A stretch of DNA of 64,000 nucleotides from positions 14,322,110 to 14,386,109 of the forward strand of contig NC_134030.1 of assembly GCF_964204645.1 (NCBI RefSeq), written 5' to 3'. The notes under the pieces were generated by a model. The model ran no database searches. It was given only the letters and a program-made list of their open reading frames with translations, and was not told the origin of the DNA. This stretch comes from Tubulanus polymorphus. Lineage: Eukaryota; Animalia; Nemertea. Positions 12,391-24,933 of the stretch are shown in pieces. How positions within the stretch are numbered: position 1 is the first letter of the stretch; every line of letters begins with the position of its first letter. A program made the translations under genes and the position numbers.

Positions 12391-12744
12391 TTATTCGAAA
12401 TCTATTTCATGGTGACCTTTTTCATTCTTACCTTTGTATACGAAATAGAAATCTCCAGAACATAATTCTTCTAAATCTTCACTTGATAATCTATGAAATC
12501 TATCTGGTAAATATGTTCTGAATTTATATGTATTTCCTTTTAATCCTTCATATTCTAAGTGTATAACTAATTTATCTCCATAGTTATTAGTAACTGTATC
12601 AATATTTGTAATTAGATATTTCTTATGAATTGTTAATTCTGTTAACTTTTTGAATTTATAATCTACAGATTTTACATTTGTTATATCTTTAATTCTATCT
12701 AGAAATAATTTGTTGTTCTCACTGTGTGTTTGTTTACTCTCCAT
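12391..12744 (-). CDS. Small Polinton protein (117 aa) downstream of pPolB; possible OB-fold ssDNA-binding protein
   Basis: Intact ORF with TAAATG start and beta-rich pattern (KKLTEL..KYLIT..YGDKLVIHLE..TYLPDRF). A degenerate paralogue lies at 19022-19357. The fold is inference. Confidence 0.6.
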   Translation of the reverse strand: MESKQTHSENNKLFLDRIKDITNVKSVDYKFKKLTELTIHKKYLITNIDTVTNNYGDKLVIHLEYEGLKGNTYKFRTYLPDRFHRLSSEDLEELCSGDFYFVYKGKNEKGHHEIDFE

Positions 12745-12773
12745 TTAAAATACATATTTTTATTAAAATTTGA

Positions 12774-15620
12774 TTAACAGGTTAGAATTCTTTTCATTAT
12801 CTCGTTCTCTTTTGTTACTTCTCTTTTAAATTGTAAGTATTCATCTAAATTGCAACCATAAGCAACTGTATGAATTCCATCATCTAAAATATATCTTTTA
12901 TCATCAAATGGCTTTAGACTTATCTTTTCAATTTCTTCAATAAACATTTCATGATCTTCAGATCTTAAACATCTCATCTTATGTTTTCTAACTTCTTCAT
13001 TGAATATACAATTGATGTAATCTTTGAAATGAATATTCTTTTCTACTACATTTTTGGTTATTCCTTTTAACTTTTTAGCTTCATGTTCTTTAGTTTTATA
13101 TGAATACATTTTAGATCTAATACCAATGAATTCAATCAATTTCTTCGCCAACTAATTCATCTTTGAATTTACCGGGAACTTTTTTATTATCATTGCTAAA
13201 CAATTCATGATCTTTAGGATAATTACTAAAATCAAAATGATGTTTTAATGTTTTTAAATCATCAGTTATGTTATCAGTTTTTATCATTAATATGTAAGAA
13301 TCGGTATCAAAATATAATATTTCTATATGTTTTTCTCCAAAAAGTGGTTGTAATACATAATAATAGAATTCATACATTAGTAATTTTGATAATTCTAAAA
13401 CTGAAGCGCCAACATAGATTGGTTTATTAAATTTCATTGATGTTCTTCTCATTTTAACTGCGGCTAAATTTTCATCAAATATTCTGTTACCAATGAACTT
13501 AGGATATGTTTGTAAATGTCTAATTCTTTTACTATTACTAACTAACTCAATATCATTTCTATTTCTTTATATTTTCACAAGTCTTACCATAGAATGCATT
13601 ATTCATTAACTTGAAGAAATCGTTTTCGAAATCAGTTTTAGCTTCAGTTCTCTGTTTGGTGTTAAAATCTATATATTTTTCTAACCATTTACTATTGACT
13701 AAATGAAATATATCTATGTACTTTTTTTAGAATCATTCCTTGACTCAAATAAAACTTTAACATTCTATAATGTACTACATAATTATATCTATCTTCTTGA
13801 GTTACCATTAACTTTTCTGTATGAATATGATTTTCGGGTTTAATTCTTTTTTGGTAATTTGATAATTCTTCATGAGTTACAGTTTTATGTTCGGGGCAGT
13901 ATGCTAGATTTCTAGATTTAAATTTAATATGTTCAGGATATTCTAAATCTACAACAAAAAAGTAACCAGTATCTGAATCATCTGCAATATCTAGAATTAT
14001 TTTCTTCCAATCAAATTTATCATTATTTTCATTCTGTAAAACTTCAGTTAAATCAAATACTCCATAAGGTTGTGGTTCCATCATTGCCCATCCATAAAGA
14101 TTATTTGCATCTATATATGATAAATTATATCCAGGGTTATCATTTACATTGAAATATCTATCACCTAATACACCTGAAACACCTCCTCTTATAGATTTTT
14201 CAAATAATAATAATTGATCTATATTTGTTAACAAATCCATTTTTATATCTGTAAATTTTAAACCACAATTCCATGTTAATCCTGGACTTGAATAACAATG
14301 ACATGGATCAATATTGAAATATTTTAGGTTTACATCTCTAAACATTTCGAATATATCGGTTAATAATAATACATCTGATTTTAAATATAAATCTACTAAT
14401 TGCCCATGATTTTCTATTTTGAAATGATTCCAAATATTCAATGTTCTATTATATACTTCATCTTTAACATGTTCATTTTTTAATTCATCATAGAATTGTT
14501 CTTTCAATAATTCAGTTATATTGAAATCATTATGTGATTTATAAAATGAATATGGAATTGCTCCTTTATATCTCATTAATTGGAAATCATCATTATTTGG
14601 ATAGTGTTGCTTTAATATTTTCAATTCATCATCAACTAATGATTTTGATAAGTTATCTAATGAACTATTTAAAAATCTATATGAATCTATAAATCTTAAA
14701 CACCCAAATTGGAATGATATATAATTCTCAGATGTTTTAGCTAACATTCTAAATTTATAAGTTTTATCTTTTGATCTATTTGAATTTAATCTTTCTATTT
14801 CATTATTTATTTCTTCTATTTTATGGCATAACTGTTTGATGAATAAATGTGCATCACATCCTGGTAGATTATGAAATATAACTGGTACAAAGTTAATTTT
14901 CTTAGCTTGTAAGTTAGAATTCTCATGTGCAGCGCCTCTAAACTTTCCATTCAAATGATCATGGTCTCTTACTTTTTTATCTTTATAATTAAATATATTT
15001 TCACAATAATAACATTTATCTGCAAACGCAAATGCTTCTTCATCTTCTTCTGTCATTATGATTTCTATATTTGTATTCAATAATTTACTAAATCTTATTT
15101 CATATTCAATTAATAAGTCACAAAAATGATTGATAACATTTTCATTTCTGTAATTATAATATTCACTTTCAATTAGTTCTGGATAATCAGATTTAATATA
15201 TAACCCGAAAGCAGCAGCTGATTGATGAATCTTCTTAATAGTATTTGTTTTTGGTGGTTCTTCAGAATAATCATTTTCATTAGAATTTAATTTCTTTCTC
15301 TTATAATATATTTCTTTTCTATCTTGATCAGTTAGTTCTTTATTTAATGATTCAAAATCTCCATATATTACAAATGGTACTTTATTTTTGTAATCATATT
15401 TTTTTAATTCTAATATTTTATCTTTTTCATTTGGTAAAACTAATTTACAATAATCATGATTTTCACATAATTGTTTATGATTTAATAATGTACTTTCATT
15501 ACTGAATCTATGTAAACATTTTCTACAAAGATATATTTTATTATGGTGATCACTTTCTGTTCTAAAGAATAAATCTATTTGTTAAATCCACATATAATGA
15601 TTCTCATAATATAGTATATC
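12774..15620 (-). pseudogene. Protein-primed family B DNA polymerase (pPolB), N-terminally truncated, with stops and frameshifts
   Basis: Exo I YGDFES (~15355), Zn segment CYYC..VRDHDHLNGKFRGAAH, Exo II FHNLPGCDAHLF, FIDSYRF, motif A YIDANNLYGWAM, motif B KLMNNAFYGKT (~13585-13612), motif C YFDTDS, then RSKMY and KLKGI. Confidence 0.95.
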
Positions 15621-16206
15621 TATAATATCATAAAATTAATCCAACCATTATTATTATCAATTCTATAATTATGATAAGCTCCAATTCTATGCATATAATC
15701 AATTGTTTTTATTTCATACTGTTCACCAATACCTTGCAATTTACCATGCGCTCTAAAATCGGAATTAATATTTATATTAAATTCATTACATATTTTATAA
15801 AACTTAGATGGATTAATATTATTGTCCAATTCTTTAAAATATTTAGATCCGGGCAAAGGACATACTAATTCATTTAATATTATTCTGATATGAAAATATG
15901 TGTGAAATCTAAATATTGTGTGAATTAATTTTAAATCAGAATAATTCAAATTTTTATCTAAGTTATTTAAATGATCATTCCAACTTATACCACAACCAGT
16001 TGTTGCACAGTTATTGTAACTGAACCACTGATAATAAAATAATATATAATTTCACTTTTTAAATATTTTTTCTTTTTATCTTTAAGTCACATTCAAATTC
16101 TAATATTTGTTTTTCTAAATATATTTTTAATTTAGTTTTATTTATATCATGAGGAATAATATCAATATTATCAACTTTATCATCCATTAATTTAGCAAAG
16201 AAATTA

Positions 16207-16623
16207 CTAATTAGTAAATTTATATGCTACAAATATAACAATAACTGTTCCACCTAAGATCCATATTATTTCATATTTCTGTTGTTCTTAACATGGGGTA
16301 TAATAATCCTATAATTTAGGTTTGTATAGATGTAATTTTTCTTTATTTGTTCCTGCGTTATATAAAATCATTGCATCATCGACTGATTGAAAAGGTGAAA
16401 TTTTCTGATCATATAATTCTTTATTGATGTAATCCATATAGTTTTGCCTCTTTTCTCTATATTCTTCTGCTGCTTTATTGTATTTCTCTAATGCTAAGTT
16501 ATGTCTTTTTTGTTCTGATAATGAACCATTTTTATCAATATGCTTAAATAAATAACCACCACCTGTAAATGCTAAAGCGTTAACAATTGCCGATCCTATA
16601 ATAGTTATAATTGCAGATGTTAT
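16207..16623 (-). pseudogene. Small Polinton membrane protein (hydrophobic N- and C-termini, coiled-coil core)
   Basis: Manual translation: (M>I)TSAIITIIGSAIVNALAFTGGGYLF..EQKRHNLALEKY..QQKYEIIWILGGTVIV. A second, 5'-deleted copy lies at about 22780-23148 (+). Confidence 0.6.
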
Positions 16624-16646
16624 TTATTTAGCAAAAAAATATGCAT

Positions 16647-16865
16647 TTATATAGGAATATATTTTTGTTTTTCCAAATAATCAATAGTTAAATTAGATAA
16701 AGTAACTGCTAATGTTTATTTTAAAATATCGTTTATATCAAATCTATCAACATTAACACTTCCCATTTTAAATACTTTTTTTAATACCATTGAATAACTA
16801 ACAGTTCCAACTGATAATAAAGCTCCATTATATAATCCAGTTATTATCCACTTATTATCACTCAT
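16647..16865 (-). pseudogene. Small (~72 aa) hydrophobic Polinton protein with one internal stop
   Basis: MSDNKWIITGLYNGALLSVGTVSYSMVLKKVFK..ILK*TLAVTLSNLTIDYLEKQKYIPI, with a TAAATG start. Absent (deleted) from copy 2. Confidence 0.55.
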
Positions 16866-17207
16866 TTATTTATCAAAAAAATTACTATCTTCAAAATATT
16901 TAGTTATCTTAGTTATAATTATTTCAACATTTATTTCATTACTACTTTTATGATTATCATATATTTTAGATAATATATCTTTCATATCATCGATAATTCC
17001 ACCTTGATTTAATTCATAATATTCTAAAGGCGTTTTAATTAAATCAATAACTTTTTCTATATTATAATTTTCTTTATTAATCATTGATGCATTATTAAAT
17101 GATTCACGTTTAATATCAGTAATTACATCATTTAGTTTTATTCTCATTTCTTTACCATGTTTAAAATCAAACCCAAAACATATACTCGGTCCAACAGTTA
17201 TATTCAT
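16866..17207 (-). CDS. Polinton hypothetical protein (113 aa); second copy at 22464..22775 (+) is 3'-deleted
   Basis: The two translations are nearly identical over about 100 aa, and both start at TAAATG. Confidence 0.7.
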   Translation of the reverse strand: MNITVGPSICFGFDFKHGKEMRIKLNDVITDIKRESFNNASMINKENYNIEKVIDLIKTPLEYYELNQGGIIDDMKDILSKIYDNHKSSNEINVEIIITKITKYFEDSNFFDK

Positions 17208-17638
17208 TTATATAGTGAAAGAAATTACTCTTTACATCTTATAACTAATTCATAAATTACAGGGAAATAATTTAAATCAATTAAGTAACCATTATGATTT
17301 CTAATCTCTAATCTAAAATTATTAAAACGAGGAATGTATGGTTTGAAATCACATTCTGTTAAATTATAATTTATTTGAGTTTCAAATTCTTTAACATTCT
17401 TCAATGGTAAAATGTTTAATAAATCAGAATTACAAGTTATATCTTAGTTGCTTCGAATGTTTTTGTAGGATCGCTTAAATTGCAATAAATATAAAAGTGT
17501 GTAAAAGTATTAAGTTTGGTGTAGCATCAATATTTGTAAAAGATTTATCTGGAGGAATTCCTAATTCCTAATGAATTAATATAATTTCTTACATCTTCCA
17601 TGTATGGTCTTTTATTGTTTAATTCATTTTTTATTCTT

Positions 17639-17956
17639 TTAATTGTCTTCTGATTCATTGTCATTATCAAAATAATCTTCACCTAAAATATCATTATTCA
17701 TATTTCTAATATGACTTTTAGATTTTAAATGTTCTTTATAATATCTTTTATCACTGAATGATTGATTACATGTATCACATTTGTATGTTTCTTTTTCATT
17801 CTTTAATTCATCTAATTTAGTTTCTAATATATCATCTTTATATTTTAGCTTTAATTTATTTTCTAAATGTGTTCTAGTTCTATTGTGTCTTGCTTTTTGG
17901 GATTTATCTATATTAATTTTACATGTTGGACAGTAGTACTTCTTATTTGCTTCCAT
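17639..17956 (-). CDS. C2H2 zinc-finger protein (Polinton accessory), probably C-terminally truncated
   Basis: Two fingers: CPTC..RHNRTRTH and CDTC..EHLKSKSH. Confidence 0.7.
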   Translation of the reverse strand: MEANKKYYCPTCKINIDKSQKARHNRTRTHLENKLKLKYKDDILETKLDELKNEKETYKCDTCNQSFSDKRYYKEHLKSKSHIRNMNNDILGEDYFDNDNESEDN

Positions 17957-18039
17957 TTTAATATCTAATATTTTATCAAAATTGATTTTAGAAGTTATTC
18001 ATTTATATGTTATTCATATATATGAATATTTTAAGAGTA

Positions 18040-18569
18040 AATAGGATAATAGGGGTTCAGGTTAAAGGTTGAAGGGGCGAGTGAGTAAAAAATGAAAAAT
18101 AAATTCGAGCGTGCGAGAATTTATTTTTCATTTTTTACTCACTCGACCCTTCGACCTTTGGTATGAACCCCTATTATCCTATTATCTCCGCGATTTTGCA
18201 TAATGTTTTACCTCCACCTAAACATTTACTCAATAACTTGTGGTTGTAAGGTTCAAAAACAACCAATGAACCTTCCGCCAACGTATCGACACTTATCTGA
18301 ACTATTTGTTTAGTATTTGGTGAGATAACTATCTTGTTAACCGTTTTAGCTTCAGCTCTTGTTTATTCCTAAGAATCGAAACATCTTTAAATTCAATTGT
18401 GCCTGATGCAAGGTCAGTAATAGGGTAAGTGTCTTTTCATACCAGAGGTCGAAAGGTCGAGCTCATAAAAAATAAAAGATAAATTCTCACACGCTCGAAT
18501 TTATTTTCTATTTTTCACTCACTCAACCTTTCAATCTCTGATATGAAAAAAAACACTTTCCCTATTACT
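18040..18569. repeat. Pair of long imperfect hairpins (18040-18183 and 18416-18569) in mutually inverted orientation
   Basis: Each is a ~150-bp palindrome. Apex ttcgagcgtgcgagaa versus ttctcacacgctcgaa, its reverse complement with one mismatch. Confidence 0.85.
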
Positions 18570-19021
18570 CTAATATATATTCGAATATAATAATACCTTT
18601 CCAGTGTTAAAAATATAAAAAACATATTGGTTGAAATGTATAAAAATAGTTGATAAAACAGGGGGTTTCAAACATTTGAGTGTTGTGTCTTTATGTACTT
18701 TTAGTACATGAAGAATGTAAGTTTATATTATATTGTTATCATTAATGAAACAGTAACATATAAAATCTATCAGATGAATAAATATTATAATTATTGCAAT
18801 AGTAATATATATAAATCTGAGATAAATAAATAAGACCAATCTATTAGTCTTGAATAGATATATATCTATAAAAATTATTTTTTCTATTTTTTGAACTACT
18901 TTATATTCTTTATGTACTAGAACTACTAAGGAGATAAAGACATAGAGGGGTAATATATTCATATATGAACATTTTATAAATTTTAATGAAATCAATTTTA
19001 ATAAAAAAATATGTATAATAA

Positions 19022-19357
19022 ATGGAGAGTAAACAAATACGCTGTGAATTCTTAAATAGAATTAAGGATGCTATAAATGTCAAATCTCTAGATTATAAAC
19101 TCAAAAAATAACAGAATTAACATTACATAAGAAATATTTAATTACAAATATTGAAACACTTACTAATAGACATGGTAATAAATTATTTATTCACTTAGAA
19201 TATGAAGGATTAAAAGGAAATAGATATAAATTCAGAATTCACCAGATAGATTTCATAGATTATCTAGTGAAGATATTGAAGATTATATTCAGGTGATTTC
19301 TATTTCATATATAAAGGTAAGAATGAAAAAGGATGTCATGATATAGTTTTCGTATAA
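19022..19357 (+). pseudogene. Frameshifted paralogue of the 12391..12744 gene
   Basis: MESKQ..RIKD..NVKS.DYK..HKKYLITNI..IHLEYEGLKGN.YKFR..PDRFHRLSSED..YKGKNEKG.H is recoverable across small indels. Confidence 0.85.
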
Positions 19358-19498
19358 AAAGATTGTGAAGCATAACAACCTTAGTTGTCATTTTAGGATT
19401 AAAAACTCACTTCCTTATCTTTCAGGCCCATTGTAAATACACATATGTAGCTGTACATAACAATTGCTGTATTTTTATATACTTGAGTAATACCCGTG

Positions 19499-19752
19499 GA
19501 TTTCCTTTGGCCCAGAAATTCAAACTGTTCAATTTATTCGCTATGTAATTAAGTCGGGCTATTTAAAATCTCTGTGTTCATGCCCGTGGAGACCCTAAGA
19601 GCATTGATGACCTGTACCCATGGATACCTGTGGAAACCAAGGGTGATTTCCTTTGGCCCAGAAATTCAAACTGTTCAATTTCTTCGCTATGGAATTAAGT
19701 AGGCCATTTAAAATCTCTGTGTTCATGCCCGTGGAGACCCTAAGAGCATTGA
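19499..19752. repeat. ~108-bp direct duplication
   Basis: gatttcctttggcccagaaattc...ccctaagagcattga at 19499 and 19645. Confidence 0.85.
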
Positions 19753-19777
19753 CTATTGGAGGTAAACAAATTATGTT

Positions 19778-19851
19778 CGGTGGTGCGCGGGACTTGAACT
19801 TCTGACCCGTCAGATGTTAGTCTTGTACTCTACTAACTTGGCCATCGAAAC
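19778..19851 (-). repeat. tRNA-derived element (degenerate, Val-AAC-like loop)
   Basis: Minus strand reads GTTTCGA-TGGCCAAGTTAG (A box)..CTAACA..GTTCAAGTCC (B box) over a tRNA-like length. The acceptor stem does not pair. Confidence 0.55.
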
Positions 19852-22141
19852 AGCATATCGATATGGAACTGTAGGATTGTTTTAAGTCAGTCTATAATTA
19901 GAATTCTTGCTTACTGATTGGCTGTAATTTTGTCTGCCTCCGCTTGGCCCCCCTATAAATATTTTCATACCCGTTGCATTAGTTTATACAATGATTGACT
20001 ACCACACAAAATTTCAGGGCCCAATTCTTCTCCACGGCGACACTTTTTGGTACGTAGTTTCGTATTAATACATTGTATATAGATATATACAGTAGTTGTG
20101 TTCTTTTTCTCTATCAAATTTTCTGTTATAATTATTGTTTCTTATGTTACGCTTCATAATTATAAATACTTCTTGATTTCCCTCTGTATCTCTCTGAGAT
20201 GAGTCTATGTTTATGTTAGGGGTCCTTCAGATCCAAAGAGATCCCTTGATCCACCGCCTGATCTTTATCGGTTTGCAGTTGATCACCTTTGAGATTAACC
20301 AATCGATGGTATGATTTGTATGTGGTGGGTTTAGCAGATTTGTTGAGTTCCGTGAGCGAATTTTTTCGTTGTGCCCTGGTGAACTACCTGCTACCTGCTA
20401 GCGTGTCCACGTCTTTTTTATGTTCGTTATGACAGGTTCCGAACTTACGTCCCATTTCTCCAATATAGAACTTATCGGATATAGCGCACGGTATCTTATA
20501 TGCAGTCGGTTATTTCCATCCATTTTTCTTCATAATGCCACTGTTGGGACCAATGAAAATCATGGCGTTAAAAAAGTATTAGGCATTAAAAAGAATTATA
20601 CTTTCATCAAATTTGAGTTAGATTGAGCAAATTTGATCCAACTTTTTGGTAAAGTAAAAGAAAAATCAGTCTTAAAATAGTTTAAATTTATTGTTTATAG
20701 GATAATTATTTTCACTTTGGAGTAGCATCAAGTCCAACCCTTCGTGCGGCTTCTTCAACTGATAGTTCACCTTGGCCTTTGTATGTTTTCGTTAGTTCCT
20801 GTAAATTACAATGCATATTATTAATTTACAACTTAGAAGGTCAATACAAAAATATTACAGTAACCCTCGATATACAGCCAGGTTTTCTTCCTTTCTTTGA
20901 ACAGAGGGAATAATATATTATTCACACTGGTCAGTGTTCTCAGCTCGGTGGTATTTGGAGGATGGGGAGCAATAGAAAACAACCTTGGTCCTTACCACCT
21001 GACCACAACTCCACTCCCTACCCCTACTATATAATAATCCCCAATCATAGAAATTATCCCCACAAAACCTTAACCTCCACTCAAAAACCAACTGAAAGGA
21101 GGAGCAAACTGAATAATATAACCAATAAAACATACATGTGAACACTTTCTAAAATGTCATCATCACCACGCAGTACCCACTATGAGGGACACATGGGCAT
21201 TTACTCAATGAAAATGCGTCCCAAATTGCGTCACCACTCTGTTGATGTCTATCAACACTGCTGGCTTTCCAAAACCATTACTGAAAACCTTTGACGCTTT
21301 CATTTCATTGAAACTAGGACTACCAGACTGATCAACAAACAATCACGCACAAAATTGAGTCACCTCTGAAAGAAACCATGACTCAAGAATTTACCGGTAA
21401 GTGTAATCTAAGTATTTCTTCAAGTGGGGGTTAAGCGTTAATGTATGACTCCCCATCAATCATTTTCCGAAGAACCTTCTCATCATCCAGACAACTGCCG
21501 AACAACGGTAACAAGGCTCAAGACTATTATTTCACTGTTTTTTAAAAATTCCATGGTCAATTGAAGGGAACCCAAGAACCACAGAACATTCACACTTGGC
21601 AGGGTTCTAAGTCTCACTGTACACACGACATGAGGATGACACGGACCTAGCTCCATCTACAAAACGCATCCAATCCATCCTGTTCCAAGTTGACCTTAAT
21701 GTTTGTCTGGTGAATGGTGATTGCGTAGAAACTGCCATCTCTAAGTTTTGTCAACGAAGGGTACTTTGGGACAGATGGTGTTCCATCTGAGACATTATGG
21801 GAAACTCCAACAAACCTCAGCATTTCAATAGCTGTCTCTGCCCATTTTAGCCCCTCTGCATATATTGATTCTTACCAGTTTTCCGAAAAGTCTAGGTTAA
21901 AGAACACCCTAACTCCCTCTAGGCCTAAGTCCCTCAACTCAGATGGACGAGCTAACATCTCTCTCTCTCTCTGCTTTTTACTTCAAATAACCGCCACCAG
22001 CTTCCTTGGTGGGAAAACCAGATTAACATTATCCTCTCCACTTGGCTCACCAATAACCTTTGGAAAATGCATTAATGTTACTGCTGAAGTAGTATACTAG
22101 TTTTGCTTCTGAATATAGTTTATTCTCTTGAATAGTTTATG

Positions 22142-22447
22142 TATCTAACACCAAACTTAATACCTTTTACACACTTTTATATTTATTGCAATTTAATCGA
22201 TCCTACAAAAACATTTGAAGCAACTAAAGATATAACTTGTAATTCTGGTTTATTAAACATTTTACCATTGAAGAATGTTTAAGAATTTGGAACACAAATA
22301 AATTACAATTTAACAGAATGTGATTTCAAACCATGCATTCCTCAACTTAATAATTTTAGATTAGAAATTAGAAATCACAATGGATACTTAATTGATGTAA
22401 ATAATTTCCCTGTAATTTATGAATTAGTTATAAGATGTAAAGAATAA
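22142..22447 (+). pseudogene. C-terminal half of putative minor capsid (penton-like) protein; inverted copy at ~17220-17525
   Basis: Manual translation: PFTHFYIYCNLID..SGLLNILP..FKP..NNFRLEIRNHNGYLIDVNNFPVIYELVIR*, resembling Polinton penton C-termini. One internal stop. Missed by the ORF track. Confidence 0.6.
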
Positions 22448-23168
22448 TTTTTTCACTATATAAATGAATATAACTGTTGGACCGAGTATATGTTTTGGGT
22501 TTGATTTTAAACATGGTAAAGAAATGAGAATTAAACTAAATGATGTAATTACTGATATAAAAAGTAAATCATTTAACAATGCATCAATGATTAATAAAGA
22601 AAATTATAATATAGAAAAAGTTATTGATTTAATTAAAACGCCTTTAGAATATTATGAATTAAATGAAGATGGAATTATTGATGATATTAAAAACATATTA
22701 TCCAAAATATATGATAATCATAAAAGTAGTAATGAAATAAATGTTGAAATAATCATAAATAACTTACTTATTTAACTTACCATTTACTGGTGGTGGTTAT
22801 TTATTTAAGCATATTGATAAAAATGGATCATTATCAGAACAAAAAAGACATAACTTAGCATTAGTGAAATACAATAAAGCTGCAGAAGAATATAGAGAAA
22901 AGAGACAAAACTATATGGATTATATTAACAAAGAATTATATGATCAGAAGATTTCACATAGAGATTTCAATCAGTTGATGATGCAATGAGTTTATATAAC
23001 GCAGTAACCAATAAAGAAAAATAACATCTATATAAACCTAATTTATCAGATTATTATACCCCAAGTAAAGAACAACAGAAATATGAAATAATATGGATTT
23101 TAGGAGGAACAGTTATTGTTATATTGTAGCATATAAATTTACTAATTAGTAATTTCTTTGCTAAATTA

Positions 23169-23603
23169 ATGGATGATAAAGTTGATAATATTGATATTAT
23201 TCCTCATGATATAAATAAAACTAAATTAAAAATATATTTAGAAAAACAAATATTAGAATTTGAATGTGACTTAAAGATAAAAAAGAAAAAATATTTAAAA
23301 AGTAAAATTACATATTATTTTATTATTAGTGGTTCAGTTACAATTAGTTCTGTAATAACATTTCTATCAATATTCAGTCCATTAACACCTTTAGCTATAT
23401 CAATTGGCGTGCTAGGTTTAAGTTCAAGTGTTTTAACTGGTATAAGTTCAAAATTAAATATAAAAAGTAATAAAGAAAAAATTAAAACTAATATAATAGA
23501 AATTAATAAATTGAAGAATACACTAGATTATATAATAAGTTTAAATGGTCATATAACAGTTGAAGAACAAGATAAATTATTAAAAGAATTAGTTAAGTAT
23601 TAA
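23169..23603 (+). CDS. Polinton membrane protein with two TM segments flanked by coiled coils (144 aa)
   Basis: Intact ORF with hydrophobic runs YYFIISGSVTISSVITFLSIF and LAISIGVLGLSSSVLTGIS. Confidence 0.7.
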   Translation: MDDKVDNIDIIPHDINKTKLKIYLEKQILEFECDLKIKKKKYLKSKITYYFIISGSVTISSVITFLSIFSPLTPLAISIGVLGLSSSVLTGISSKLNIKSNKEKIKTNIIEINKLKNTLDYIISLNGHITVEEQDKLLKELVKY

Positions 23604-23619
23604 TTTTTTAATTATATAA

Positions 23620-24912
23620 ATGGGGTTTCCAAAAGCTTTCCAATATAATAAATCAATTAAATATAATATTCCTGCTATAGATTTTAACAAAAATATTACA
23701 TATAAAAATTTAGTTTTAAATTCATTAACTAATTTAGAAATTTATGTTACTGAATCACAGTTTTTATTTCTAAAATGGAAAATATATTTAATACATATGA
23801 AGTTACTTTTACTCGAGATGAATATCATATATATAAAGTAAAATCTAATATGAAATATTGGCAGAACCAATTAAATTTTGCTGTTTATTGTGCAACAACT
23901 GGTTGCGGTATAAGTTGGAATGATCATTTAAATAACTTAGATAAAAATTTGAATTATTCTGATTTAAAATTAATTCACACAATATTTAGATTTCACACAT
24001 ATTTTCAAATCAGAATAATATTACATTAATTAGAATGTCCTTTGCCCGGATCTACATATTTTAAAGAATTGGATAATAATATTAATCTATCTAAGTTTTA
24101 TAAAATATGTAATGAATTTAATATAAATATTAAATCCGATTTTAGAGCGCATGGTAAATTGCAAGGTATTGGTGAAGAGTATGAAATAAAAAGAATTGAT
24201 TATATGCATAGAATTGGAGCTTATCATAATTATAAAAATTGACAATAATAATGGTTGGATTAATTTCATTTTAGAAAATAGTGAAGGTTTTACAAAATCA
24301 GGTATACAAAGAATAAATCAATCAATTAGAACTTATTTGATATGTATTTTCGGCGCTCAAGTTGAAACAAGATCACCAATAGTTGGAAATGATAACACTT
24401 CATTTGATGCGCAGAAACAATTTAAAGTTTTATTTGAAGATTCTATTCATAATGATAAAAATAGATCGATTCCAGAAAACATTGTAAGATATCAAAATTA
24501 TTTAGATAAATCACATATTAGATTAAATTATTGTATAGGTCCTAATGTATTAATTATTTCTAATGATTTAGTATTAAAGATGGGAAATATAATAGGTTAT
24601 AATAATTTTATTAAAACTGCAACAATAAATAATTCATTTGGATTAAATGATATAAATAAAAAGATTATTACTGCTCCAAAATTAATGGAAGGTGAAAAAA
24701 ATAAAAAACAAATTCAATCAACAGAAACTAAAACTAAGAATATCAAATTAAATAATGGTTCTAAACCTGATTATAATACATCAGAAAATATAAAAACTGA
24801 TAATATTCAACATGATATAATTAAAACTAATGATGATAATAAATCCCAGGAAAATGCTAAATTAGCTTTAACTTGTATAGGAATTGTAATCGGAGGAATA
24901 TTATATTTTTAA
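23620..24912 (+). pseudogene. Polinton protein (~430 aa) with C-terminal membrane anchor, split by frameshifts and a stop
   Basis: Consecutive overlapping ORFs starting at 23620, 23775, 24042 and 24196. The copy-1 fragment 15620..15949 reads through two of the breaks. Ends in LALTCIGIVIGGILYF. Confidence 0.7.
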
Positions 24913-24933
24913 ATTTTAATTTTTATTATGTAA

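Larger units (their letters stand above)
12341..19375 (-). mobile_element. Polinton/Maverick-like element copy 1 (internally deleted)
   Basis: Very AT-rich block with pPolB joined at about 15620 to structural-cluster fragments that are the reverse complement of 22148-24270. Termini and TSD were not resolved. Confidence 0.88.
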
